From: an uncultured delta proteobacterium
GTDB taxonomy: Bacteria > Desulfobacterota > Binatia > JACPRU01
Length of the DNA: 64,000 bases
Direction of reading: 5' to 3'
Assembly (NCBI GenBank): GCA_963745025.1
Contig: CAVUWD010000011.1
Location: 576,001-640,000, forward strand
The notes under the pieces are model-generated. The model did not search any database, was not told where the DNA came from, and was given only the letters and a program-made list of their open reading frames with translations. The translations under genes were made by a program, and so were the position numbers. This document shows positions 55,317 to 64,000 of the stretch, piece after piece. Each line of letters starts with the position of its first letter. Position 1 is the first letter of the stretch.

Positions 55317-55391
55317 GGATGCCGGTCGGCTCGGAGCGTTTCATGCATTGGACCCTCTGAAATCGAAACCGGGCGATCCCGAAGAGCATCT
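55317..55391. promoter_or_regulatory. divergent pair of ECF-type promoters
   Basis: Minus strand GAAAC-N16-CATCC (55342-55317); plus strand GAAAC-N17-CATCT (55365-55391). Confidence 0.65.
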
Positions 55392-55412
55392 ATCGAGTCG
55401 GAGGCGCACACG

Positions 55413-55998
55413 GTGGACCATCCGAATGTCGATGCGAAGGTGGAGTGGCTCGAGAACGGCCTCGGGGAATTCGCCTCGGCGACCGCCGCAGGCGTTCGCG
55501 CTCGGCGCTATCGCGCGTCGCTGCTGACGGCGTCGACCCCGCCTAAGGGGAGAATAGTCCTGGGGAACGGTCGGCCTGCCGCTCGTCCTCCTTCCAAAGG
55601 ACCGATCTCGCCGGCTCGTTGATCAGGTGGAGAAACATCTGTGGACTCCTTCCGGCCTGCGCTCGCTCGCCGCCGGCGATCCCATATATGTCGGCCGCTA
55701 CCAAGGCGGGCCGCGCGAGCGCGATGGAGCCTGTCACCAGGGGACCACGTGGCCCTTCCTCGCCGGGCCGCTCGTTGAGGCGTGGGTGCGCGTGCGCGGC
55801 GGCACCGCTTCCGCGCAGGGCGAAGTGCGACACCGCTTCCTCGAGCCGCTGTTCCCGCACGTCGACCCGAGCGGACTCGGCCATCTCGCGGAAATCGCCG
55901 ATACGGATCCTCCGCACGCGTCGCGCGGCTGGACGTTCCAAGCCTGGTCGGTGGGTGAGGCGCTCAGGCTCGCCCGCCTGGTCCTCGCCAAGCGTTGA
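55413..55998 (+). pseudogene. glycogen debranching enzyme (amylo-alpha-1,6-glucosidase) with most of the middle deleted
   Basis: N-terminal EWLENGLGEFAS..RRY, then C-terminal LWTPSGLRSL..HQGTTWPFL..AEIAD..QAWSVGE. Confidence 0.82.
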
Positions 55999-56007
55999 GG
56001 CCTCGGT

Positions 56008-56814
56008 TCAGACGCTCGCGGAGGAGCGAGCGATCGTCGGAAGCGTCGACCGGGTGCGGAACGCGCAGAAGATGCAGGGCTGATCCTCCGCGTGGTCGAG
56101 TTTGGCGCAAAAGACGCCCTCCTCGCCGAAGAGCCCCACATAGGCTTCCGCGGCCGCGAGCATGCCGAGAGGCGGCGCGGTGAAGTAGATCCAAAGCGCC
56201 TGCCAATCCTGGGCGAAGAGAGCGGAGGCGAGCGTCCGCGCCGGATTCATGCTCATTCCCGAGATCGGAGCCTCGAGACTGATGTAGGCGGCGATCAGCA
56301 GGCCGCAGCACACGCCCGTGAACCGCGAAACGAGCTCGATGTTCGACACCCAGAGCACAATGGTCATCAGCACGAAGGAGATCGCCGCCTCGGCGAGGAA
56401 CGCCCCGCCGCTACCGTAGCTTCCCGGCAGAGTCGCCACGTAGTTCACCGACGGGTGGGCGAGCGTCCCTCCGAGCAGGAGAGCCGCGATCCATACCCCG
56501 GCAGCGCCGCCGGCGAACTGCGCCGCCACGTAGCAGGCCGCATCTCCTGGATGAATTTTTCCGAGCCAGAAAAACGTCAGCGTCATGCACGGGTTGATGT
56601 GAGCGCCCGAGCGCTGGCCCCAGGGCGAGTAGACGATGGCGACGGCGGTGAGCCCCATGGCGATGCCCATCAGCACGCGGCGCAGGACGGGATTCGGCAG
56701 CAGCTGGTGGAGCGGCGAGCTCGTGTGCTCGAGCAGCGCGCCGAACGCGCAAGCCGAGATCATGAACGCGCCGAGTCCCGCGGCTTCGATCAGGTACTCG
56801 GGCCAGTGGCGCAT
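56008..56814 (-). CDS. MIP/aquaporin family channel
   Basis: SGAHINPC, AQFAG and SGMSMNPART; 6 TM helices. Confidence 0.92.
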   Translation of the reverse strand: MRHWPEYLIEAAGLGAFMISACAFGALLEHTSSPLHQLLPNPVLRRVLMGIAMGLTAVAIVYSPWGQRSGAHINPCMTLTFFWLGKIHPGDAACYVAAQFAGGAAGVWIAALLLGGTLAHPSVNYVATLPGSYGSGGAFLAEAAISFVLMTIVLWVSNIELVSRFTGVCCGLLIAAYISLEAPISGMSMNPARTLASALFAQDWQALWIYFTAPPLGMLAAAEAYVGLFGEEGVFCAKLDHAEDQPCIFCAFRTRSTLPTIARSSASV

Positions 56815-56839
56815 GGTCGTCGCTCTCCACAGACGCCGG

Positions 56840-57391
56840 CTAGACCTTGTCGCGCCCTGTCATCCGCGCGATCAGGCCATCGAGCGACACCGGTCCCGGC
56901 CCGGCGATCGCCAGCCAAGCGAAGATCGCGACATAGGCCCACTCGACGAGGCTGAGGAGAGCGGGGATCGAGTCGACGTTCTCCCACTGCGCGGTACGGA
57001 TCGCCACCAGCATCACGATGATCAGCGGGATCGCCGCGACCCGGGTGGCGAGGCCGAAGAGCACCAGTAGCCCGCAGAAGAGTTCGTTCGCCGAGGCGAA
57101 CGGCGCTTGGTACTGCGGATACGGAACGCCGAGCTCCGTGAAGTAATCGATGATCTTCGGCAGGTTGTGGAGCTTTCCCCATCCGCTGGAGGCGAACACC
57201 CAGCCGACCGTGACCCGGGCCACGAGCGGCGCGAGCCATGCGAGCCGCGAGGCCACGGCGATCGGCAGGTCGTAGATCAAGGTTGCGATCAGCTTCATGA
57301 TTCCTTCCCTTCTTGAGCTCGCCGCCACGGCGCCCGGGGAAGGCGCCTCATCTCGGTGCAACAGCTTTGCAACTGCCGTGAGAGTCTCCAT
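56840..57391 (-). CDS. DoxX family membrane protein (alternative start 57299)
   Basis: RVTVGWVFASSGWGKL, ELFCGLLVLFGLATR, GPGPVSLD. Confidence 0.9.
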   Translation of the reverse strand: METLTAVAKLLHRDEAPSPGAVAASSRREGIMKLIATLIYDLPIAVASRLAWLAPLVARVTVGWVFASSGWGKLHNLPKIIDYFTELGVPYPQYQAPFASANELFCGLLVLFGLATRVAAIPLIIVMLVAIRTAQWENVDSIPALLSLVEWAYVAIFAWLAIAGPGPVSLDGLIARMTGRDKV

Positions 57392-57425
57392 GTCTGTCCT
57401 CCTCGGTCGAGTATCTTCGGTGGTG

Positions 57426-57452
57426 AGATGCCTCGCCACACTTTCAGGTTTC
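57426..57452 (-). promoter_or_regulatory. ECF-type promoter (doxX-aquaporin)
   Basis: GAAAC-N17-CATCT. Confidence 0.62.
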
Positions 57453-57959
57453 GTCGGTGATGACAGGGGCTCGAGGGCTCGTACTGGACGGCGAGAGGCC
57501 AACTGGCGTGGAGCGCTTTGGAGTTCGCTACGAGCGCCAACAGCAAGACCGTCTTCTACGGGAACGACCTTTCAGATGCGTCGTCTCCGGGGTTGCCTTT
57601 CAAGGTACTGGAAGTCTTCAACAATGTGGCGAACTGCACGACATTGCCTAGGCCGTCCGCGAACATCTCGGCGCTCTTCGACAACGTGTCCCTGAACTCG
57701 TCCGCCGTCGGGCCGTAGAATAAACGCGAGGATGGGAAAAGTCTCCGCAAAGTACTGATTGAACGTCAGTGTCCCTCCACCTGACGGCGAAAACTCTTTC
57801 CTCCCCGAGCCAAGGGAATAGCCTGTGGGCGGGTAATATCTACGACCACGATGACGGCGCGAGGAGATCGGCGGGCAGGATGACGGTGCCACGACTGTCG
57901 ATTGCGCGCGCGCCACCTCGGAGAGATAACGCGCGGGCTCGACTCCGACGACTCCCGGA

Positions 57960-58200
57960 CAGGGAACCTTGGTGGACACCACCGGCCGTAAATGACGCGA
58001 CGGCGCATTGGGACATCCCGGATCCGGGATCGCTGGAGCGATCGGACACGGATCGCTTGTCGGCGTTCCGAACGACGTACGACGGGCTCGAGCGCCGCGT
58101 TCAGCGGCTCACGAGCCTGCGCATCGATCTGCAGGACCGGGTGAGGCTTCGGCACAAGCTCGAGCGCATCGACGAGCTCCCGCGCGGCGGCGAGCGTTAG
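57960..58200 (+). pseudogene. C-terminal portion of an ArsC/LMW-PTP-like protein
   Basis: TAHWDIPDP..AFRTTYDGLERRVQRL; no CX5R loop seen upstream. Confidence 0.5.
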
Positions 58201-58201
58201 C

Positions 58202-59257
58202 TCAGCCGTTCACGCGCGGCAAGGCACCGAGAGCGCCATGGACGGCCGCCAAATACGCGGGCGAGCGATCGAAGGCATGCTGGCGAAGGCATGCCTCCGT
58301 GAACTTGATCGCGTGCTCGTCGCCGTGAGCGATCGCCCTGTCGAGGAGCGTGTCGACGCTCTCGTTCCGCGGCTCGATGTCCACCGCGGGCGGCAGGGTA
58401 CCGAACGCGGCATAGAGCGCGGCGCTCGCTTGCCAGGCGAATCGTAGCGCCGTGCTAGCCGTCACGACGTCTTCGAGGTGAGGCAACATCGCCGCGACCG
58501 CCGCGATGCTCGTCACCCCGTGAATGAAGACGATCGCCGTCAGGACGTCGTGCGCGTTGGCGAGATACACCCGCGCAAACGCCTCCGTCAGCTCGGACGC
58601 CAATCGATCCGGCGGGCCGCTCACGTCGATGAAGTCGATGACGGTCGCGAAGTCGGGAAACTCGCCGAGCGCCTCGAGTGATGAAGTGATCGTGCCGTGG
58701 AAGCGCCGCCCATCGGCGGGAACGAGCGGCACCTTGCGGATCGCGTCGCTCACGCTTGCCGGCCGTCCGCCGGGCGCGGTCGGGAGCTCCTGGTAGGTCG
58801 ACGCCCAGGAGGCGAGCGCGTCCGCAAGCTCGCGGAGACGATTCGTCGACGCCGACTCCCCGAGACTCCGAACCGCGTGCCCGACCCGGATCACGCCGTG
58901 CGTCGCCGACGCCGAGATGCCCGGCGCGAGCCGGCGGAGCCACTCGTCGAGGACTCGGCTCCAGGGAGCGCGCTTCAGCTCTTCGCCGAAGAGCTCGCTC
59001 CAATCCGCGAAGCGCTCGGCCCGACCGAGCGCGCTGCGCCAGTCGCGGGTCGAGATGCGCTCGCGCGCGGAAGGCCGAGACAGCATGCCCTTCCGATAGC
59101 GCTCGAGCCAGGGGAACACCGAGTCCGGACGGCCCATCGCGCAGAGCGCTTCCACGACCATCGGCGCGTGGCTCGTGAGTCCGTTGGCCAGGTCCGGGCC
59201 GTAACCGGAGAGGACGTCGAGCGCTTCGTCGAGCGCGGAATAGTCCGCTTCGGCCAC
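58202..59257 (-). CDS. questin oxidase-like (DUF4243) family protein
   Basis: LTSHAPMVVEAL, ATHGVIRVGHA, IHGVTS, HGDEHAIKFTEAC. Confidence 0.8.
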   Translation of the reverse strand: MAEADYSALDEALDVLSGYGPDLANGLTSHAPMVVEALCAMGRPDSVFPWLERYRKGMLSRPSARERISTRDWRSALGRAERFADWSELFGEELKRAPWSRVLDEWLRRLAPGISASATHGVIRVGHAVRSLGESASTNRLRELADALASWASTYQELPTAPGGRPASVSDAIRKVPLVPADGRRFHGTITSSLEALGEFPDFATVIDFIDVSGPPDRLASELTEAFARVYLANAHDVLTAIVFIHGVTSIAAVAAMLPHLEDVVTASTALRFAWQASAALYAAFGTLPPAVDIEPRNESVDTLLDRAIAHGDEHAIKFTEACLRQHAFDRSPAYLAAVHGALGALPRVNG

Positions 59258-59441
59258 GCTAGCGAGTGTACTCTCATCGGAAGCTCAAGCCAGGATCTCG
59301 CCTCGGAGCAAGCAATCAGCCCGAAGCATGCACGGACGGCGCCGATCGTTCAGTCCTACGGCGCTCGACCGGGCTCCGTCGCCTTCACGGACGCGTCCGT
59401 ACCCGATAGAGGCCGCGAAGCGGTCTTCATGCAGGCGCTTT

Positions 59442-60281
59442 TCATGGCTGCGATCCGCTTCCCAGCAATGTGTGGAGAGGCGTCGCCCCCGCGCCGAGCA
59501 CGCGATGGCTCGTCCGGTCCTGAACGAAAGCGACGATCCGGATCTGCTCTCGAACCCAAGCCTCGCCGATGCGAACGCGCGCCTCGGCGACGAAGCTCGC
59601 ATCCGGAATGCCCACTCTTTGGAGCGAGCGGACCACCGCCCCATGTCGAAGCTTGCGGCCGCCGTTCTCGCCGCGGAGGACGTCCGTGGCGAGTCCATCT
59701 TCGGTGATCGCCACCCAAAGCTCCGGGGCGCCAGCGTCACCGTCGTACGGCCCCGATTCGATTCGGACGGTGAGGAAATCGCCCGAGAGCGCGCCGGGTG
59801 TGCCGCTGATCGTTACGGCGACCGTGGGGCCTCTCGTCGCCTGCGCCACCGCTTCACGAGCGCGCGAGAGATCACTGCCGACGAATTCGGTCCTCCCGTC
59901 GACGATCATCTGCGGCGTGTAACTCCGACCGGCACCGAAGGCGTCGCCATACTCGTCCTGACGAAGACTGAGCGCTCGCGAAGAGAACGGATCCGTCCAA
60001 CCGAGCCGGTTCCAGTAGTCCACATGCTCCTCGAGGGCGATCACCTCGGCGCCCGGAACCGGCTGTTCGGAGGCCAGCGTCAAGAGTGCAGTATCGGCTG
60101 GCGGGCAGCTCGAGCATCCCTCGGACGTGAAGAGCTCGACGAGGACCGCAACCGGGCGCCTAAGTGGCGCGGCGCCGTTCTCAGGCGCCGCTGCACGGGT
60201 TTCTCGTCGATCGACGATTGTGGTCAGCGCCAACAAGCAAAGGAGCGCGCCAAAACCTGCTCCGATCCAGTGTGATCGCAT
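59442..60281 (-). CDS. DUF1223 thioredoxin-like secreted protein
   Basis: VELFTSEGCSSCPPAD, HVDYWNRLGWTDPFS, YTPQMIVDG, RGENGGRKL. Confidence 0.9.
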   Translation of the reverse strand: MRSHWIGAGFGALLCLLALTTIVDRRETRAAAPENGAAPLRRPVAVLVELFTSEGCSSCPPADTALLTLASEQPVPGAEVIALEEHVDYWNRLGWTDPFSSRALSLRQDEYGDAFGAGRSYTPQMIVDGRTEFVGSDLSRAREAVAQATRGPTVAVTISGTPGALSGDFLTVRIESGPYDGDAGAPELWVAITEDGLATDVLRGENGGRKLRHGAVVRSLQRVGIPDASFVAEARVRIGEAWVREQIRIVAFVQDRTSHRVLGAGATPLHTLLGSGSQP

Positions 60282-60549
60282 CCAGTTCCCCCTGAGCGGC
60301 CCGCCGATTGGGGAACATCGAAGGTCGCGGCGGAGTTCCCGTACTTCGCCTTCCGGCAGCCAGCCATCGGCACTCCGCTGTCGACGCGTCGGCGGTAGGC
60401 CACCAGCGCAACGCCCGCGGCCAGCAGGGCGAACAGCGCCACGGGGCCATTCTCGGCCGCGACCCGGGCAGCGCCCTCGCTTCGGAGCAGGACGCCGCGA
60501 GTCGCTCGCTCATCTGGGTGAGCGGCAGCGCTTCGCCGACAGCGCGAAG

Positions 60550-60973
60550 GTGCACGGGATCTCTAACCCGGACGATCCGGATCTGGCGTGTGAAAAACGG
60601 CTACTCCGGAGAGAAGCCGCTCTTTCGGCGTCTCGTGACGCTTCTCCGGCGCTACCTCCGTACCCGGACCGATGACAATGCGGCGCTCTTCGTCGGTCGC
60701 CAAGGGCGCCTGAGCAAGCGCTGGATCCAGGCTCTCTTCACCCGCTACGCCACTGCCGCCAACCTCCCGCCGAATCGGAGGCACGTGCATTGTCTCAGGC
60801 ACAGCTGCGCGACCTACCTTCTCGACGCTGGCGAGCCGATCGACTTCGTACAAGATCACCTCGGTCATCGAAACATCGAGTCGAGCCTCGTCTATGCCCG
60901 CGTGTCGGATCGGCGGCGAAGCAAGACCATCAGCAGGCTCGAGCGGTCGCGGGAGATCGCGCTGCCAGCTTGA
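60550..60973 (+). pseudogene. tyrosine recombinase C-terminal part (FimB/XerD-like), 5'-truncated
   Basis: HVHCLRHSCAT and HLGHRNIESSLVY are present; the box-I Arg motif was not found. Confidence 0.72.
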
Positions 60974-61164
60974 ACGCGCGACCCTCTCTCCCACCTCACC
61001 AACCCCGAGTAACCATCCGCCCTTCTCTCACCTTTGAACGGCAGCAGCCCGAGGCCTTCGTGCCTCCGGCTGCTGCCGGTCCCGCCCTCCTTTTTTGGCC
61101 AAAATTAGAAACCTGTAAACTCGAAATTCCCCGACATCTCTCGCTGCATGAGCAGCTGCGCGGC

Positions 61165-61330
61165 GAGTCCGGGTTGACTCGGCTCCTGCGACACCTCCGC
61201 GCGCACGGCTTGATCGCCAAGGTTCTGTACTCGCGACGCTGGCGCGCCTCTCTCCCCGGCCGCCGCGCTCAAGCTACGCGAGGTCGCCTACCCGAGCTAC
61301 TGCCTGAACCCCAGAGGATCCTCGCAAAAC
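61165..61330 (+). mobile_element. possible C-terminal remnant of a transposase-like protein
   Basis: TRLLRHLRAHGLIAKVLYSRRWR resembles the winged-helix tail of uncharacterised IS-like proteins; recognised from memory only. Confidence 0.35.
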
Positions 61331-61367
61331 ACAAAGAATCTACGGAGAAAGAATCTTTGAGATCGAC

Positions 61368-64000
61368 TCATCTTGGAACTCGACGTTGCCGCTCTTTCTT
61401 GTTCCCGGTCCTTACACGCAGAATCCGTCGAACCGGTGCCGCAGCGAGAAACGCGTGGCGCAGCGGGTCGTCGGGCGCGAACGAGTTCGCGAGTGCGAGG
61501 ATGATCGCTTCGGCACGCGCCCGCTGGGTTTCCGCAGCGGTTTCGTTCTTTGCCTGTCCGTACAGATCGGACCGGGTGGCGTGAACGCGCCACGCCGTCG
61601 TGGGAATCCCAAACTTGTGCAGAACCGCGAGGCCCTTCTCGATTTTCTCCTCCGCACCTTTCCAGTCCTTCTCAGCCATCGCGACTCGTGCGCCCACCTC
61701 CCAAGCCAGTGCGTGCAGGTTGGGCTCGGCAGTGGACAAGGCGGATTGCAGAAAGCGACCGGCAGCAACCCGCGCTTCGCGCAGGTTTCCGGAAGCCAGC
61801 CAAACGTTACCTAGCCCGAGCTCGGCGTGCATGCGCCAGTACCAGTGGAGGAAAAACTTGGGACTTTCCTTGGAATCAAGCACTCGGCAGAAGCTCCGCG
61901 ACGCGTCATCGTATTTTCCCCGATCCAGAGCGGCGTAGCCGCTCGCGATCCCGCCAAGGGCTTGTGATTGTCCGTGCCAGTATGCGCCGGCGCTCCGTGC
62001 TGCCATCCTCTCACAGAGCTGGCGGGCGCCAGTGAAATCCAAGACTGCTGTGTGCAGCCACGCTTCGCGGAAAACGAAAAACCACGGTTCATTGTTGTTC
62101 TCCTCGGCGATCTCTCTTCCGCTGCGCAGGAGTCGCACCAGCTCGCCAAGCCGGCCTGAAAGCAACAGCGCAAGCGTTTTTCCGCTGAGCGCAAGGAAGC
62201 GCACCACCCCGCTGGTCGACTCGTTCTCATTGGGGATGCCGGTTTCGAGGTTCTTGAGGGCTCCCGTGTAGTCGCCCCGCAGCAATTGGAGATGTGCATA
62301 GATCACCCTGTCAAATGCGGGCGGGCCGGCTTCGCTCAAGCGGTGGATCGTCTCGCTGGCAGCCGCAGAGATCTCCCAGTCCTTCATTCGCCAGGTGTCG
62401 AACGTAAGCCTGACATACGCAGCCAGCAGGTCGGTGCGCGCATGCCGCAGCGGATCGTCCAAGTTGGCACTGAGGTGCACGGCCCGCTCGATTGCCGCCA
62501 TGCCGCGGCTCGGATCGATGAAACAAAACGGACGGACCAAGCTGATGAGTGCGTCGACTTGAGCAGAGGTTGAACCAGCATCGGCCGCCCGCGCCGCTGC
62601 GGCTTCGTAGGCTGCGGCGCACTCGCTCATCGCGCCGCGTCCGAAGTGCGCATCGCCCATGCGTTGCAGCAGCTCAATCTCTAGTTGGCTGCGGCCGTTC
62701 CCAGCCAGGTGGTGAGTAAGCGATCGCGCCTGCCCCAGCACCCGGATCGCGTCCGCGTACGCGAAGCGCCCGGCCGCATTCTCCGCCGCCAGGACGAGGT
62801 AGCGGATGGCCCGCTGGTAGTCGCCCGCCTCCTCGAAGTGCCAGGCAAGCGACCCCGCAATCCCCGTGGCCTGCGCGCCGTAGGTATGCTCAAGCCACTC
62901 GCCGACCCGCTTGTGCAATCGCAGGCGCCAACCGGCGTGCACCCGCTCGGCGATGATGTGGGGATACAAGCTATGGGTAAAGCGGTAGCGCGCGACGTTT
63001 GTTCCGTCGGGGAGCGCGAACAATCCCGCCGCAGACAGGAACTGCCCCTCTCGTGCGAGCGCATCGCAGCGTTCCTCGACGGCCAGCGGATGCCCACCGA
63101 GGCCGATCGCAACCGATCCTATCGTGAAATCGTTCCCGAGCACGCTCGCGGCTTCGAGCACGCGCTGTGCCTCGGGTGGCAGGCGATTCATCTGCTGTTC
63201 GACGAGCGCGCGCAGGCTCTCCGGGACGGCGCGCCTGATCTCAGTGACAGGTCCTCTCAGCCGCCAGCGATCGTCCTCCAGCTCCAGCACCCGAAGGGCG
63301 ACGAGCTCATCCACCACCCGCACCATGAAGAGCGGATTACCGTCCGTGCGCTGGTGCACGGCACGCGCCAGCTCGGACGGAAACGCATGCCCGCCGAAAC
63401 GTTGCGCCAGATACGCAGCGACATGCGGCTCGCGCAGGAACGCGAGGGCGATGTCCTCGCATTGGCGCCGCACCCGCAGCTCCTGAACGAGCGCCCGCAG
63501 GGGATGCGCCTTCACGATGACATCCACCGGGCGATAGCTGCCGACCAGCAGAAGGCGCGCTGCTTCCTGGCGGCGCGCCAGCATGCCGAGCAGGTCGAGG
63601 GTCGAATAGTCGCTCCAGTGGAGATCCTCGATCACCAACAGGAGCGGAGTCGTGGCGGTCAGTGCCTCGACGGCTTCCGCCATCTCACGCAACATGCGCT
63701 CCTTGGTGGCCCCGAGCAGCTCGCGGCGCAACGCCTCGCGATCGCCGCGGTCTTCCAGCCACGGCAGCTGCACCAACCATGCGGGGGCGTGCGTCTTGAG
63801 TACGCGGATCACGCGCTCGGCCCCGGGTTCGCGCAGCAGTCGTCCAAACGCCTCGAGGACCGGCAGATACGCCTCCGCCGCCCCGTAGTGCTCTAGGCAG
63901 GTGCCGCGCGCAATCAACAAATCCGGATCGGACGCGGCGCGAGCCAGAAATGCGTCGAGCACGGTGGTCTTGCCGATGCCGGCTTCACCGGAGAGGAACA
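61368..64000 (-). CDS. AAA ATPase / TPR-type regulator (5' end outside window)
   Basis: LSGEAGIGKTT Walker A at the window edge; LLVIEDLHWSD, RTDGNPLFM, YRFTHSL and a helical C-terminus. Confidence 0.9.
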   Translation of the reverse strand, partial: FLSGEAGIGKTTVLDAFLARAASDPDLLIARGTCLEHYGAAEAYLPVLEAFGRLLREPGAERVIRVLKTHAPAWLVQLPWLEDRGDREALRRELLGATKERMLREMAEAVEALTATTPLLLVIEDLHWSDYSTLDLLGMLARRQEAARLLLVGSYRPVDVIVKAHPLRALVQELRVRRQCEDIALAFLREPHVAAYLAQRFGGHAFPSELARAVHQRTDGNPLFMVRVVDELVALRVLELEDDRWRLRGPVTEIRRAVPESLRALVEQQMNRLPPEAQRVLEAASVLGNDFTIGSVAIGLGGHPLAVEERCDALAREGQFLSAAGLFALPDGTNVARYRFTHSLYPHIIAERVHAGWRLRLHKRVGEWLEHTYGAQATGIAGSLAWHFEEAGDYQRAIRYLVLAAENAAGRFAYADAIRVLGQARSLTHHLAGNGRSQLEIELLQRMGDAHFGRGAMSECAAAYEAAAARAADAGSTSAQVDALISLVRPFCFIDPSRGMAAIERAVHLSANLDDPLRHARTDLLAAYVRLTFDTWRMKDWEISAAASETIHRLSEAGPPAFDRVIYAHLQLLRGDYTGALKNLETGIPNENESTSGVVRFLALSGKTLALLLSGRLGELVRLLRSGREIAEENNNEPWFFVFREAWLHTAVLDFTGARQLCERMAARSAGAYWHGQSQALGGIASGYAALDRGKYDDASRSFCRVLDSKESPKFFLHWYWRMHAELGLGNVWLASGNLREARVAAGRFLQSALSTAEPNLHALAWEVGARVAMAEKDWKGAEEKIEKGLAVLHKFGIPTTAWRVHATRSDLYGQAKNETAAETQRARAEAIILALANSFAPDDPLRHAFLAAAPVRRILRVRTGNKKERQRRVPR

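Noticed and set aside
57518-57718. Protein-like 66-aa plus-strand segment
   Set aside because: Looks like a C-terminal scrap but has no credible start or recognisable family.
60308-61330. Integron, prophage or invertible switch at the tyrosine recombinase
   Set aside because: Gene is truncated, and no attC sites, phage genes, tRNA target or flanking inverted repeats were seen.

Overview
High-GC bacterial accessory region, probably from a long-read or metagenome assembly. A Binatia/deltaproteobacterial-like origin is inferred from gene content only. No rRNA, tRNA or CRISPR array was seen. Main blocks: (1) 2.2-7.9 kb, a Cyc2-like monoheme cytochrome-porin fused gene coupled to a type-1 copper protein and a sigma54 two-component system. 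(2) 9.9-26.3 kb, a K+/Mg2+ island: sigma54-driven kdpFABC, KdpD paired with an NtrC-type activator instead of KdpE, mgtE, a porin, four PII-derived genes or fragments lacking effector-binding residues, and HPr/EIIA pieces, with one upstream motif shared by three sigma54 promoters. (3) 27-28.6 kb, an unannotated 53-aa double-glycine peptide in front of cysK. (4) 28.8-39.9 kb, lipid-linked glycosylation genes (GT39, GT2, ColD-like). (5) 41.5-57.5 kb, an apparent sigma54-to-ECF cascade with five matching ECF-type promoters. These promoters precede a bufferin-like precursor with a broken DUF692 gene, glucose dehydrogenase, a GMC/VOC/NDH-2 operon, a debranching-enzyme remnant and DoxX-aquaporin. 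Many genes are internally deleted fragments, and several carry single-base frameshifts that are probably sequencing errors.
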